Shown: positions 38,532 through 52,100 of the stretch, piece after piece | Layout of the letters: every line of letters starts with the position of its first letter | Numbering within the stretch: position 1 is the first letter of the stretch | NCBI GenBank assembly: GCA_047495785.1 | Contig: JBLDXI010000028.1 | Coordinates: 62,001-126,000 of the forward strand | From: Lepidodermella squamata | Taxonomy: Eukaryota; Animalia; Gastrotricha | Reading direction: 5' to 3' | Length of the DNA: 64,000 bases | Made by a program: the position numbers and the translations under genes | The notes under the pieces: model-generated | The model's database searches: none | Seen by the model: the letters and a program-made list of their open reading frames with translations, nothing else | Told to the model about the DNA's origin: nothing

Positions 38532-41298
38532 GAAGACTTATTGAGTCGTAACATTAAATTTAACCTGTAATTAAACAGTCATCAATGTTTCAAGTCCAAT
38601 TTCAGTGTAGAATTTCTCTGGGGATATTTTGGTCATTATGTGAGTTTCGAGTTGGGCAATTTGACTAATAATAAAAAATAATCCACCTTAAGCGCGTATT
38701 ATTTGTTTTTTGGCCAGTACAATAACATTGTACTTTAGATTGTTTCAGATTTATCGATAATTGTTGTACCACCGTACGATAACGAAAAATCGTAAGATTG
38801 GATAAATTAGCTAGCTATCAGGGCAGCGATGTAGTATGGAAAGAGACAATAATGAGAAATAATGAGAATATTTTTTACGTGGCACCTATGTAGTGGTTTG
38901 TTATGAGATTTTCATTAAGTTTCAGTAAGTGACCCATAAATTCAATCGATTTTTACAAACTAAAAATACCTAGACCTGGTACGATAATACAAACCCCAGG
39001 GCCAGCCTAGCTCTAAAAATGACAGGTGTGCTCTTAGCATTGGGCCTGGGATAATTAGCGATAAAATGTCACTTTTCTATAAAATTGAACTGAATGAAAC
39101 GGTAAGGTAATTTTTCATATGGCGTGTCTCAAATTTGTACATTAACTATTTGCATGACGAATGATCTGAAATTAATACTGTGTCATATTAATTTGAAAAT
39201 CGATTTCGAAAAATGGTTCTCATGTAACATGTTTCCGCTTTCATGAAGGATTCGTGCAATTGTTTTATCTGAATTTTGATTTCGGCTATTGCTATAATAA
39301 AAAACAAATGAAATCAGCACAATCAATTTTCAGCGGTGTTACATATCAAATTCTAACTGTCACCGTTGTAAAAGTAGGCAAAAGAGTGAAATATGGACCA
39401 TTTATCATTTTTAATCATCGAGAATGAAAATCGACATGGTAGTACCAAGTCGCTGTTCCGAAATCAACAAAAACAAATTAATCAATAATCAGGTGTTTGT
39501 GGTAGTTTAACGGTCGTTGAACTTGGCAGTGCTGGTGCTGATATTTTGTTTCGAATAATCGCCTTTCGGTGTGGCTCTCCTTGTTAGACGTCAACAAACA
39601 TTTCTTCAGAATACTGTACTTCGATCCAAAAACCAAGAGTCGATGGCTTGAAGGTGCGGGAAGGTTGTCGTGTCAGTTGCAGTCGAAATTTTCGAACATC
39701 TCTCGAAAACGAACGCAGAGACCTGAGAGAGAGAGCTGATCGCTTCCATGACCCGTGAAACTCGGCCGGGCAATTCTGAAAAACCTTGGTTATTAGCATA
39801 TTGGGAAAAATCTAGAGAAATACTTGCAATAAATTTAGCCTGAAACGCGGCTGTAACGACTCGCATCAAACCATTCCCATCTGGCTCGAGTCACAAATCT
39901 ACCGACAAAAACTGTTGGACTTCACCATTGTTCACCGTGCTGAACATGACAGGACAGCGGTTTCAGTATTCCGCGATTGTACCAATCCATCGCATCTAGA
40001 AAGCCGAAAAGAAAATCATGCGTAGCTTCGAACATAAAAGCGTGAATATGTTTCGATTCGAGTAAATAATTTGAATCAATTATTGAAAGGTTCTTGACTC
40101 AACCTCCAACGAGAACTTATTCGAAACCAACGGTAAGCTGGATTCTCTCAGCATTACGCTAGCCGCTGGCTATCCCGGATTTTATGCGATACGTATTTAA
40201 TCTCAATATCGTAAGGATAATATGCTCCATTCGAATCAGGAGAAAGTTGGGTAGTGAAATCCAGAGAATCGACTATAATTCGAAATTCCGGCAGTCTTAT
40301 TGTTCCCCGTCAAATTTCAAGCCCTCTGCTGGTTTTCGTTACAAGCCTTGGGAAATTCGCAGCGATTCGAGTCTGGTTTCTATCCTCACTTTGATGAGCC
40401 GTTTGATTTCAATTGACAAAACCTGTCGCTTTCACGCAGCCGATCTCAGTGAAATTTATCGCTGGCGTGGAACAATAACCGGTTTCCAACGAATGTCTCC
40501 TCAGCTTCCAATGTTGTAAAAGAAAACGCCTCAGCTTCTCGATTTCAAGGCCGGAAAAAGCTATTCCAAATTTCATTTATCAAAAGTTTGAAATACTTGG
40601 TCCCATTCTTCCTTTGCTGTCTTTGACCTTCCAAAGTCTGATTTGATCCTTTCAGAAAGCCCCTGATATTTTCTCGCAAATAACTGCATTAGGCCGGTTT
40701 GGACAACTTTCACTGTATGTTTTTTGTTCTTGTGGCGTTGATTCCTGTTAATTCTGCCGAGGATTTTCCAATCGTCCGGACATTTATTGTATGGTTCAAT
40801 TAGGCGTAAGAAAGCGGAAAAGTGTCTGATTTCTAGCTATTAACGGTGGTAATTCAAATAAGCAATCAAAAACTTACCATTTTCTTATGAATAATCCAAT
40901 CGGAAATGTTAAAACCAGTCGGTTAATCATCTCGCCGCCCTCGGTTGTCCCAACTAGCGGCTGATTTCGCCTTAAAATCCGCAAATGCTGTTCATAGTTT
41001 CGGTTTCGGCTCACTATCGGCCGGTTTCCAACCTCGGCGAGTGGTGTACCGTGCTCAGTATTGCACTATTTCCGGACATCCGCTGGATCTTCTGCCGTCG
41101 AATGTGGAAACTCTGATTATTCATTAGTAGGCTACGGGGCAGCGAATCTCGATTGTCCAGTGATTACTCCTCGAAACTCACTTGCTTGATTAATGCTCAC
41201 CATTAGGAGCCCGATTAGCATCACCAATTTGCCTCGGTATTCTTGCCATTCTCTTCATCATCATCCTGAGATTTCCATCAAAAAGTGGGCTTAGCACA

Positions 41299-44200
41299 TG
41301 TACTACCGCAAATGCTATTCGTTTAGCGTTTATTTCGGCCGTGTCCGAGTCGATGGTTCGCCGACAGCAGCAGCAGCAGCAGACAGTCAGCAGTAGAATC
41401 GTGTCATCTTCCGCCAGTCGGCTAATGTCTTCTTTCAATTCAGAGCGCAGGGGATTTAGTGACCAGAATCGAACGGGACACGCTTGTTGTTGTTCCGGGC
41501 GCCGGGCGACTCGTTTATACCCGGCCGCCCCACTCACTCGCCAGCTGCTGGGGCCACCGCACGAAGACCCGATCCCCGGAACGACGAAATGTTGACGAAG
41601 CCAGATGACAAACACTACTGGCGGTGGTTTATCCATTGAGGTTTGAACTTTGCGAATCCGTACGGAAAATTATCGGCGTACACCATTTTCCGAGACAGGC
41701 GGCACACGATTACAATTTGTCTCAAGGCAACGGAGCTAGCGATGTCCCAGTTTCTTCCCGAAAATTGTGTACGTGTTGAATTTCCTCCGGATAAAATTGG
41801 CGAATAAATTTCGGATTTTGAAACTCAACTTCAATATGCAAGGCCGTTAAAATTGCGTCGTCGAATATGTAGACCAGCTGCTTCTTAGTGCATTTGAATA
41901 ACGCTTGCGGGAAAATTACGTGGTCGGAAGTAAAAGCGTCTGTGTCAAGTTGGATTTGTCGTTTTGAACGAGTAGCGATGGCCGAAGAAATTATCGAATC
42001 AGCGAGTGCGGCTACGGCGAGCCACAGCCGAAGGCCTAAAAGCGACATCGAAATTCGTGAATGAGTAAATATTGAGAAATGTTTACAGTTCGATGATTAG
42101 GTGATTTTTGTTTTTCGAGCGGGTATTACATATGGCTTGCCGGCGTTCGGCGAAGTTTGAAAGACGGGGTTGGCGAAAGTTACTGGCGTGTGAAGGTTCT
42201 ACGGTTGGTGAACGACCGTAGCGTCAAGATCGGAATTAGTGAGCGTGTTGTTCCTAACGCCGGAGGCGCTATTTGCGCGCTTTTTAGGCGTCGTCCTGCT
42301 TGATTGATTTTTCTCGGGTGACGAGGCTGGTCAGTGTCACGGGGCCACCGATTGTGGTTGATTAGGCGGTACAAGGCTGACCTAGTACATGTCGAACTGG
42401 AATGATGTTGGTCGTCGGTGGAATCCTGGCGATGCTATCAAATGGCCGGTGTTTCGCATTCGAAATTTGTGGGCAAGTTTTGACGCTAGTATTGGACTGA
42501 ATTGATAGATGTTTGTCGGTGGTGACACGGAGGAGTGACGATTATCTTCGTCAGAGGTAGACGGTGCTGGTCCAGTTATTATTGGTGGTGTCGGGATTCT
42601 GGGCGGAGTTTCAGGCAAGTCTGACGTGCTTCGCGGTAACGGTGGCGTTGTTGGGGTTGCGGTCGACGGCGTTGTATTTGCGGTTGTTGTAGTCGGCTTT
42701 GTACAAGTAGACGTTGCCGTTGTAGTACCGGAACTGACCCACCCGTCGTGAAATGTTGTCACGGGTTGGCTCTTGTAGAATCTTGCGACTAATTGTCTGG
42801 CGAAGATCAGGCAACGGCGACGCTGCGGCGGCGAGCGGCCGCGGCGCAGTAGACTTGGCAGTGCTTACAGCCGACTGCTGCGCTTGCGAATAGCGATCAG
42901 CAGTGGGGTAATCGCGCAACCAGGCCAACTTATGGCGGTTGCGATGGGCAAGGATATCACGACCGGACATATCATAGAAGGGAATAGCGCAGATAACAGG
43001 CGAAACACGAGCCACTACGGAATAGGGACCGTTGTAGCGAGAGGCGAATTTCGGTATATCACATCGGGCCGGTTAATTGGCACGTGGAGGAAGACAAGAT
43101 CGCCGATATCGAACGGCTCGCAATTGCCTGAACTTTCTCACGAGCACGCACGAGTTGGAAACGAGCTCCAACGCCGTCCAAAGCGCGACGAATTCGTCAT
43201 ACAAGCCGTAGGCACGCAACTCGTTCTGAGTTTTGGGCTGGGACGCAGGCTTCTCAGCAGAGCACTGCCAGTCTATAACCAGTTTGGGCGTGTGACCCAG
43301 CATAAGATACGCTGGTGGGTGGCGATGAGTCAAATGGTGAGACGAGTTGTAGCCGGAGCAGCAGGTCTCGACGAAGCGGCAGCAGTCGAGATGTTGGCCG
43401 GGTACGACGTATTTCGTGATGCAGTTATTTATGACTAAAATTGAGCTTTTAATACGTCGAATCGCAAACGCATCAGTCACGTCCTCGATGTGCTTGGAGT
43501 TGAAGTAGCGGGCGTTGTCATAGAGCAAAGCGCGAGGGCCACCGAAAATGTAGATCCAGTCGAGCAATTCCTCAATCACGGTTTCAGACTTAATATCCGA
43601 AATGGGCTACCACGACGTTAAGCCACTAAAATGATCGGAAATGATGAGAATATAGCACATTCCACGACGAGGCGTAGGGTATGGACCGGCTACGGCCCAA
43701 GTGAGAAGCTCGTTTACGTCATGCGAAGAGATGGGCTCAATCGGAGCACGTGGATGTTTCACAGGGTGATCACGAATTTGGCACACCATATTCGGCAGTA
43801 ATTTCCTCGTTATTACGGAAGTAGAATCGATCTTTTAAGGTGGATAGGGCGCGTTCAACGCCGAAATGGCATTTCTCGACGTGCGTAGCGTTAAGCACGG
43901 TGACGATGAGATTTTCAGGTACGACGATCCGGTAACCCGATTCAGAGGCAGGCTAGTAGCGACACAACAAGCCACCAGGCGCTATTAAATATTTGCTACG
44001 CTTTTTCTGATTGTGACGAAGACAGAGTTTCTTTGAGCGAAACCGACGATTGGCGGCTTGTGCCGCGAGTAAAACATCTCGGGTCAAGTTAACGCCACAA
44101 GGCGTGAGAGAGCGGAATTCCCGGTACGCGACATCGCATCAGCATTCGCATGGATCGTACCTCGGCGAGTTATTAAATTCAGCAGATATTACTGTAGTAT

Positions 44201-45260
44201 AATGAGGTATTTTGACAACCGCCCTTCTGTGTCCTCCCAGGTATTCAAAGTACGAAGAGCAGCGGCGTGAGGTTGTAATCGAATTCAAACCCGGCAGATG
44301 TATTAAGTTTCGTTCCGGCGGTGGTTGTAATAGCAATCGAAAACGCGGTTGGGAGGTTGGGTTGCTGAGAAGCGATGACCAGAGTAAGCTGCGAAATTTT
44401 GCGATAACGAGCGGCGTAGTCGCCCAGCTTCCTCAACTTGACGGCGAAATTCTCAGTGAACTTCTAAGCCACAAAATGCTCTTCGAAACCGGCTTCAACG
44501 AAACTTCCCGGCGTCGTGTCCTCAGCGAAAAACGAGCAGTGTTGCTTGTCGACGTCGTCTAGTTGGAATTTCTCGCGCATGCCCACGCCGTGAACCAGAG
44601 ATATTGAGCGCGTTTTGAATCGCTTGACTTGAGCGGTCAGTGAAAATGCTCGAGGGCGAAGCTAAAATGTGAAAAATTAATCCAATCGATTTACTGGGAG
44701 ATTTAACTTACTCGGAGATGTTGTATGATGGCTCGTCCAGTAGGTTCTAGAACTCATCACCACGTCGAACCACGAGTTTGATAGCGGTCTTTTCAGCCCG
44801 GCGGCCCGCATGCTTCAGCGACGAGTCCCAGCGAAAACCGGCGATGGTGATGCTGTCATTGAGCTCGTCACTCTCGCCTTCATCGTCGTTGTCGCCGTAG
44901 GCGGACGAGTGTTACTTTGTTCGGGCGCAGTCGTCGTAGATCACGCCGAAATCGTGAGTTGCCATCAACTTGCAACGACTCAAACCCGGCTGAATAGCTC
45001 CAAGGCCGAGTCGCTTCAGCCGAGTTCACATGTAGACGGTGTGTAGGCCGCCGACATAGTCGCGCAGGAACACCTCGCACAGGTAGCCCTCGATGTCGAA
45101 GGCGGCGATTTTCTTTCCCTCGTAGTCCGCTAGCCGGTACTTGAGCGCCACGCCGGTGCCGCCCGGCGCTACGATGCCGCGACTGCTGCTGCTGTTGCCA
45201 CCGCCACGGCCGAAACTCGCAAAACAGGTTATTGCTCACCATCAGTTCTAATACAAGCAT
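41299..45260 (-). mobile_element. decayed Ty3/gypsy LTR retrotransposon (integrase remnant, downstream env-like ORF, probable 3' LTR)
   Basis: Frameshifted integrase at ~43900-43430: H..CHFGVERALSTLKDRFY, CQIR..PRAPIEPI, AGPYPT..YILIISDHFS, FGGPRALLYDNARYFNS. LTR-like block with TATAAA (41519-41514), AATAAA (41334-41329) and end ...GTAGTACA (41299). Outer limits approximate. Confidence 0.7.
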
Positions 45261-45665
45261 TGACTAACCCGGCTGGCTTCTGGTTCAGCTTTTGGTTTGA
45301 TGCCACCTCGAGCGTCGCCTAGATTCCAGCTAAAACGGCGGTGGATGCCAGACGGCTTTTCGCCTACCGAATGACAGGTCGTTTATACAATTGGAGGCGC
45401 ATTCCATTGGACGTTAATCGACGAACAAGTCGCCAGCCAAGCCTGCTTTTGCCTCGAATTTTTCTCGCAGATGTCAGGCAAAAATTTTGCACCTAAAGCG
45501 TAAATTATAATTGTTTTACATTATTAAAAATATCTTGAAAATTACCTGCTGGAGTAAACCTATTTTCGAGTCATTCATGGCTCATGAGGAGCTCCACAAG
45601 TTCCGAATTCCAAATTATTGTAAAAAATCTATAAAACATTCGATTAATAGGTATTTTAAGACGAA

Positions 45666-46461
45666 ATGACTACACAGCTGAGAATTGAGAAGTGTTGGGA
45701 ATTTTTCGAAAAAACTTCGGAAAATTGAGTGATCGAGAAAAGCCGCCTTGTTGAAGTACTAACCAAATCGAATGACGAATTGATACATCACCTGATAGAG
45801 TGCCTGCTGAAACCTGGAAAACCATTCGGCGATGAGATGGCCATGGATAGGAAAGACTTTCGGAAATTCATTTGCGCATTTGTTGGCATTTACGAAATGA
45901 TGGTGAGGGAAAAATTATTTTATGAAGTCCTTAAGTATCAAGTTGAATCGAAGGAAACGAAGCAGCAGCTAAGAGCAGAGGCTGATAAAAAGGTTTTCTT
46001 TGGTTAATTTCAAGAGCGATAATAAAATGCTATTTTTTCTACAGGATGAAGTGATGAAACAAGCTGCAGGAAAGGTTTTTCACGGTTGAAGTCAGCGAAA
46101 ATGAATTTGAAAAAATTTGTAATTTGTTAGATTGATGATCTTGAACGAGAAATCAGGGGTCTGCGCCAAGAAATAGCCGATCAGGTTTGGTAATATAAAT
46201 TTTATGACTGCAACTTACTAAACTGTAATACACACTTGCAGGGTATTTGTGACAGGAATACGAGGCGACTGGAAGAATAAAAGGAGCTACTTCGGCGACG
46301 AAGTGCTGCAAGTTTCCAAAAGAAACTGGTGCAATGGGAAAAATAATTCCCACTTCTGGGTTCGAATTCTAAGGACTGATGACGCGCTCGAAGACTTGAG
46401 GCAGAAGTGTCTCACCTACTTTGTTGGCCTGGACCTGAAATTCATCCTACAAAATGACTGA
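45666..46461 (+). pseudogene. decayed spliced orphan gene
   Basis: ATG 45666 frame continues through a TGA into ORF 45729-46007, then a short GT..AG intron-like gap (~45993-46044) and a further coding-like block 46249-46461. No recognisable homology. Confidence 0.35.
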
Positions 46462-46890
46462 AAGAGCACAAAATGTTATCGCCGAAAATGTTGTATCGGC
46501 TGATCGAGGCTCGTTCACCTTACTGTATCAGCATTAAATCTGGAGTAAATCTGACCTTGGAACAAAGTCTGCGCATAGTTATCTCACATTTTTCACTAGC
46601 TTCAATCGGATAAGGTTCCACACGCTTTCATAACTTCCGATTTCTCTGCTCATTGTTTTAAAAATCTATGGAAATATGAAAAACAATCTGGATAAAATTG
46701 AGTGGACCAAAGCGGAATAGCTTTAAATTGTTTTAATTACTTTTTTACTTTAGGCTGCGTTAAAATTATTGATTAAGACGTTGGCGGCACGAACATTCCC
46801 AAGTTTAGTAATTGGTTACCGCTCGTCAGCATTACTGTAAGTCATAATTAATTTCGCAAATCTGGAGATTAATCAATTCAAATTCATTAC

Positions 46891-48583
46891 ATGTGGCAGA
46901 AAATGTGTCAAAAAACGGAACTTTTCCAAGAGCCGGATGTATATCAGCCATTGGCAATAGCAGATAGCGATATATCAGAAGATGATGGTTTATGGAAGAT
47001 CGACCAGCGCTGTGACAAGCACGAAGCTTTTCGAGTTGAAATAACAACGTCTCATCTGCTTACTTTCATCGTCATCGTTTTTTTCAACTGGCTACTTTTA
47101 TGCGGCGACGTGCGTAATTGCAATATTTGGTCGATATGTAACATTAAAACTAGAGCCCTTTTACAAATTTCGAAGCAAATTGACGGAAAAATTTGGAGAT
47201 GTTAACAAGAATTAGGTAAAAAAAGACAATACTCCGGCTCGGAATTTCCTATAAAATGTATTGCCCTATGAGATTTTTCTGTCGTTAAAATTAGCCTAAT
47301 CTTTTCTGCAGATTGAGGCCAATCCTGGTCCTTGGACAAGAGAAGAGCTGTCTCAATTTACCGATGAAGCACGTTCGGCGCACTTCATGAACCAGTTTCG
47401 AAAATTTGACGAAGTCACCTACACTCTGAATATCGAAAATGACTTGTATTTCAATGGTATTGAAATAAGTGCAACAAAATCTCTCCCCTTCTCATCGCTC
47501 AGGAAAAGTGATGTAATACACCCTTTTTTACTAGGAAAAACAGGCCACATCTTATCCGCCCAACTTGCCGTAATTTTCTATCACTTTTCTTTCCTTTTCA
47601 TCAATCCTAACGCTAGAGCTTATTATGGTAGGCTTGCTAAAACGTTCTTTCTATTTAGCGAATACATATCCGAATATATGGACGAAGACGACACATATAG
47701 CTTTTTCTTTTCATATCGCCATTTATTTTACCTTACCCCAGAACTCTGGCTAAATTTGAATGGAAAACCTCTCTTGGAATGGGACGACTTTTGTACGTTA
47801 TTGAATTCCTCTTTCGATCATTTCGGTTTGAACAATTTATCGCTTATGTACATAACGAGGTTCAACGAAAACGTGGATGATATATTGTTTTCTTCCGGAA
47901 ATGTTTTCTCGCCAGATCAATTATTTTTCGAAAATTACAGTTCGTATAACGGAAGGTTTTATGAACTAAACGAAAAAACTATTGTTATTGCTACCAAAAA
48001 CACTTTCGCTGCGCGACTGTTCCGATTGCTAATGAATTACAAAAAAAATGTTGACAACGGTTTTAATTTTGTTATTGTCTCTTTCAACCTTAGCCTTAAA
48101 AAAAACCAACTTGTTATAATGGATTCTTTTTGTCGACAATTCGGTATTCGAAAATTCTTTCTCCTAGTCGACGCAAACTTCCATGAAATTAGTACATACT
48201 ACAAGACCAGAATCTCAGGCTTCATCAAATTTCAGTTATTATGCCCGTTAGTGTTTCAGCATAATGAAAAATTCGTTCCTTACACTGTTGCACCTGAATC
48301 ACTTCTAAAGTATATTCTCCAGCTGTCAAACTCTGATAATAATTTCAGGATTTGTGCTGGCCTCGTTCTTTCAACACTTAAAACTCAATTTTGGCTGGAG
48401 AAATATTATATTGGTGATGGCAAGTTGAATGAACTGTTGGAATCTATTGTAAACTATGATAATTATTGTGCAGAGGTTAAACGAAAAACGAAATTGTTCT
48501 TAGATGATAATCCTTCAAAATGGGATTATTTGCCAGAAAATGTCAGACAATCCCTAGTAATTTTATATAAAAAGTCATTTTAA
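46891..48583 (+). CDS. orphan two-exon gene (~496 aa) with an intron-split 2A/StopGo peptide
   Basis: Exon 1 (46891-47109) ends LLLCGD at GAC|GTGCGT. Intron has CTAAT branch (47296) and CTTTTCTGCAG. Exon 2 (47312-48583) starts IEANPGP and is in frame with the 398-aa ORF 47387-48583. Confidence 0.75.
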
Positions 48584-48587
48584 CATA

Positions 48588-49043
48588 TGTTTCAATCGCG
48601 TTTTAGAATTTTAAAACATGCCTATGAAGCCGTATTCGCAATTGAACCGTTCGGAAATTACAACTTTATCAAACTGGGAATTTCTTTTGAGTGAAGGTTT
48701 TCACAATAAAATGGCTCACTTCATGTTGTAATTCATGTTATATTATTGCTAAAGGTTTAGCGAAATTTACATGTCGAGAATGCAAAGAAAGGATTGATTT
48801 ACCGGACGCATTTTTTCAAGCGGATATGGAAATCAAAGCTTATATGCTTACAAAACAACGATTTCAATTCGAATATGTAAGTCCTGATACATTCTAATCT
48901 ATTAGACTTATGGTATAACATAGCATGACGAATGTTGGACGAGTTATACAAATCAATACAGGATTCGATATGAAAAAAGCCAATTGAAGTTGAAAACAGC
49001 AAGTCCCATGGTAAATTTTAACATGGAAAATATCTGCGATTGA
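48588..49043 (+). pseudogene. frameshifted small ORF with CxxC..CxxC zinc-ribbon-like motif
   Basis: ATG 4 nt after the preceding stop. CCNSC...CREC in ORF 48691-48897, reached only via a frameshift. Confidence 0.35.
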
Positions 49044-49179
49044 ATATTAAATTTTCTGAGATTTCTTAATAAAAATAATTGTTGAGGAGTGTGCTCCCAG
49101 CTTATTAATTTCACATCTCGTTCGGCTTGGATACGGCATCAACTGTACACTACAACGGACTGTAACCAGCATCGCCGAG

Positions 49180-52100
49180 ATGAAGCCGGAATGCCTCCTG
49201 CTACTGTCGATGTTTGGCGCTGTGGTTATCCTATGGACTGTCGACTTGTCCTTGGCTGGGTCACTTCTCGCTTTTGACCTGGCAGGACAGACTAATTCAA
49301 ATTCGAACTTGGCTGCTTCTACGCCACTCAAGGCGCGTGTGAATCGCGTGCCGTTTGAAACGTGGTGCCGTGAAATCAACGGTCAAGACGACTATAGTGT
49401 GCTCGGACACGACGGCAGGCCAACAGAAACCACGACGCATGAAGGTTTTTCGATCTTTTTTTGTTATTTGGCCCGCGATCCAAAACGTCAAATTACTCGC
49501 ATGAGAGGTTTTATTCTGATTTTACTCTTGATTTCGGGGGTTCAGCCAAATCCGGGGCCCCCTGCTAGACACGAATTACCAGTCACACCAAATCATGAGT
49601 TGAGCGATGTAGTTCAGAAATTGAATTATGGGGACGAAAAAATGAAATTCATACACGCGGTTCATTTCAATGTGAATGGCTTGACATGTAAACTGGAAAA
49701 ATCTAGTATTTTCAAATATGAAGCCCTCGCTGAATTCTGCTCAGTGAATAAGCCTGATCTAATCCTAATATCGGAGACGAAAATTCCGGCGAATTCTACA
49801 CCGAAATTTGTCGAGGATATGTTTTCAGACTATAGTTGCATTTGGGTTGGACGGGAAAATTCTGGCGGTGGCGGTGTAGCAATATTAGTCCGCAACAATT
49901 TGGTGATCAAAAATTATTGGTCAACCTCATCCACAATCGAGAACATTCACGCTTTAATCGAATCACCAAATGGAATGACATTCACAGCATCCGTGATATA
50001 TCGATCACCAACAGTAATGCCCAAAATTCCAGTCGAAGAACTAGACAGTGTTTTAGTTGATCTTACTGCAAAATCGATGCATGTCAATCATCGATTTATA
50101 GGCGGAGATTTCAATTGGGACCTTCTCGATATCAAAGTTGACTCAGAATTACGAGACACATTCAATACGTTTGATCTGAAACATAGCTTTCCACACTGCA
50201 TTACTAGGCCAGCCGCTCTTACCATGCTCGACCATTTTTGGACCACTGAAAAGGAAGAAAACATCATCTTATCGGGAACAATACATGGGCTTAGCGACCA
50301 TCACGGGATCTTGTTAGTTATCACGGACCAGGGAACAAAAAGGTTTAAAAACCAAGTCGCAACCGAATCTAAGTATCGTAACTTGAAAGCTATCAAGGCA
50401 GACCAGTTCAATTATGAACTCGGTAAGGCACTAGGAAGTCCTAGCATCGAAACCGGAGATAGCTCACAGAATTGCTGGGATAAAATCCAGACAGCGATTA
50501 TTAAGGTTCTTGATAAACTTGCACCAGAAACAGTTAGAAAATCTACGCACCGCCGCACCAAACACCGGCCAACTTTTCACTCACTTAGCAAACAACGAAA
50601 GGAACATCGAAAAATCCGGAAATCGCGAAGGGCCAAATGGCGCAGTAAAGTTACTGAGGCAGGGCGGGATTCCAAAAAAATCTGGAAGGTGGTTAATGAG
50701 TTTAGACCTAAGAAATCGTCCAACCACAACGACTTTCCATCTCTGAATAAAGATGAGTCGTATCTCCTGGCTAACACTTTCAATCAGATGTTCTCGAACG
50801 TTGGCAAAAAGATAGCAGATTTGCTTTTGAATCGCCTAGACTTCGACCGGAAGAACCCGAAGAATCAGGAATTTTCATTTAGGCATATCACGCAAAGGGA
50901 ACTATGCCTGGCATTCTCAAAAGTGAAAAACAAATCTACGACTGGTCACGATGGTATTCCGGAGTCTATTCTTAAACTAGCTTCTGATGTTTTGAAACCT
51001 CATTTACTCGTTCTGTTCAATGTAATAATTGACAATAACACAATTCCTGAGCAATGGAAAATCGCAGTGGTTCATCCTCTTCACAAAGGTGGGTGTAAAT
51101 CTGACGTAGGTAATTTTAGGCCTATTTCAATACTGTCAGCCATTTCCAGAACTTTTGAACGGTGCATTTCCATGCAAATTAAGGAACATATCACCAATAT
51201 CGAGTTTCTTTCGCCTAGCCAATTTGGTTTCAGACAATATCATTCTACCGACACATGTCTAGCGAAACTCAGTAATGATCTACGTAAGACTCATGAACAA
51301 AGCAAAATATCGGTAGCTATTGCGATAGACTTGAGCAAGGCTTTTGACTCACTGCATCACCAAGGTGTCTATAACTCCTTAATTAGCGCAGGTTTCACAG
51401 AGAAAGCAGTCGGATTAATTCGCAATTACCTTGAGAACCGAAAACAGTATGTTTCGATAAACAATACCTTTTCAGACCATTTGCCTTTGCTCTACGGCGT
51501 GCCCCAAGGTAGTGTACTGGGGCCGCTACTTTTCACGCTATATATTAATGAGATGGCATCGATTCCCAGATTTGCGAAACTAGTCCAGTTCGCAGATGAT
51601 ACCACTGTATATCATTCAGGAAAAGATGTTGAAAAGTTACAACAGGAGCTTCAGTACGACATTGATCAATTGAGTGTCTGGCTCGCAGCGAACAGTCTAA
51701 TGGTAAACGGGAAAAAATCGCAGATGATTGTTTTGCCAACCGACTACAACACCACTTCCCCACCTAAATTCGAAATCAAAATTGACGGCTGCTTGATCGG
51801 AACAACGTCATCACTCAAAGTCTTGGGGTTTACTCTTGACAATAAATTGGGATTTAAGGAACATTTAAGGGGGGTGAAAAACAAATCACGTAGTGGCTTA
51901 TTCGGACTGAGGATCGCTGCTAAATACCTTGATCGAAAGACTCTCAAACTCATGGCAAATGGCCTAATATTCTGCCACTTAATGTACTGCGATACAACTC
52001 TCTCGCAGCTGGCACCGACCAAGCTCAGCAAACTACAACGTCGCCAAGACCAGGCCGTAAGAATCATTTGCCACGCTCCGATGAACGCGGACCCCGCACC

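Noticed and set aside
39584-41125. RT/RNase H portion of the gypsy element
   Set aside because: No YxDD or convincing RNase H motif, and it lies on the wrong side of the integrase and LTR for gypsy domain order.
45250-45480. 5' LTR of the gypsy element
   Set aside because: Only a 10-nt match (TCGTTTATAC) to the putative 3' LTR, too little to support.
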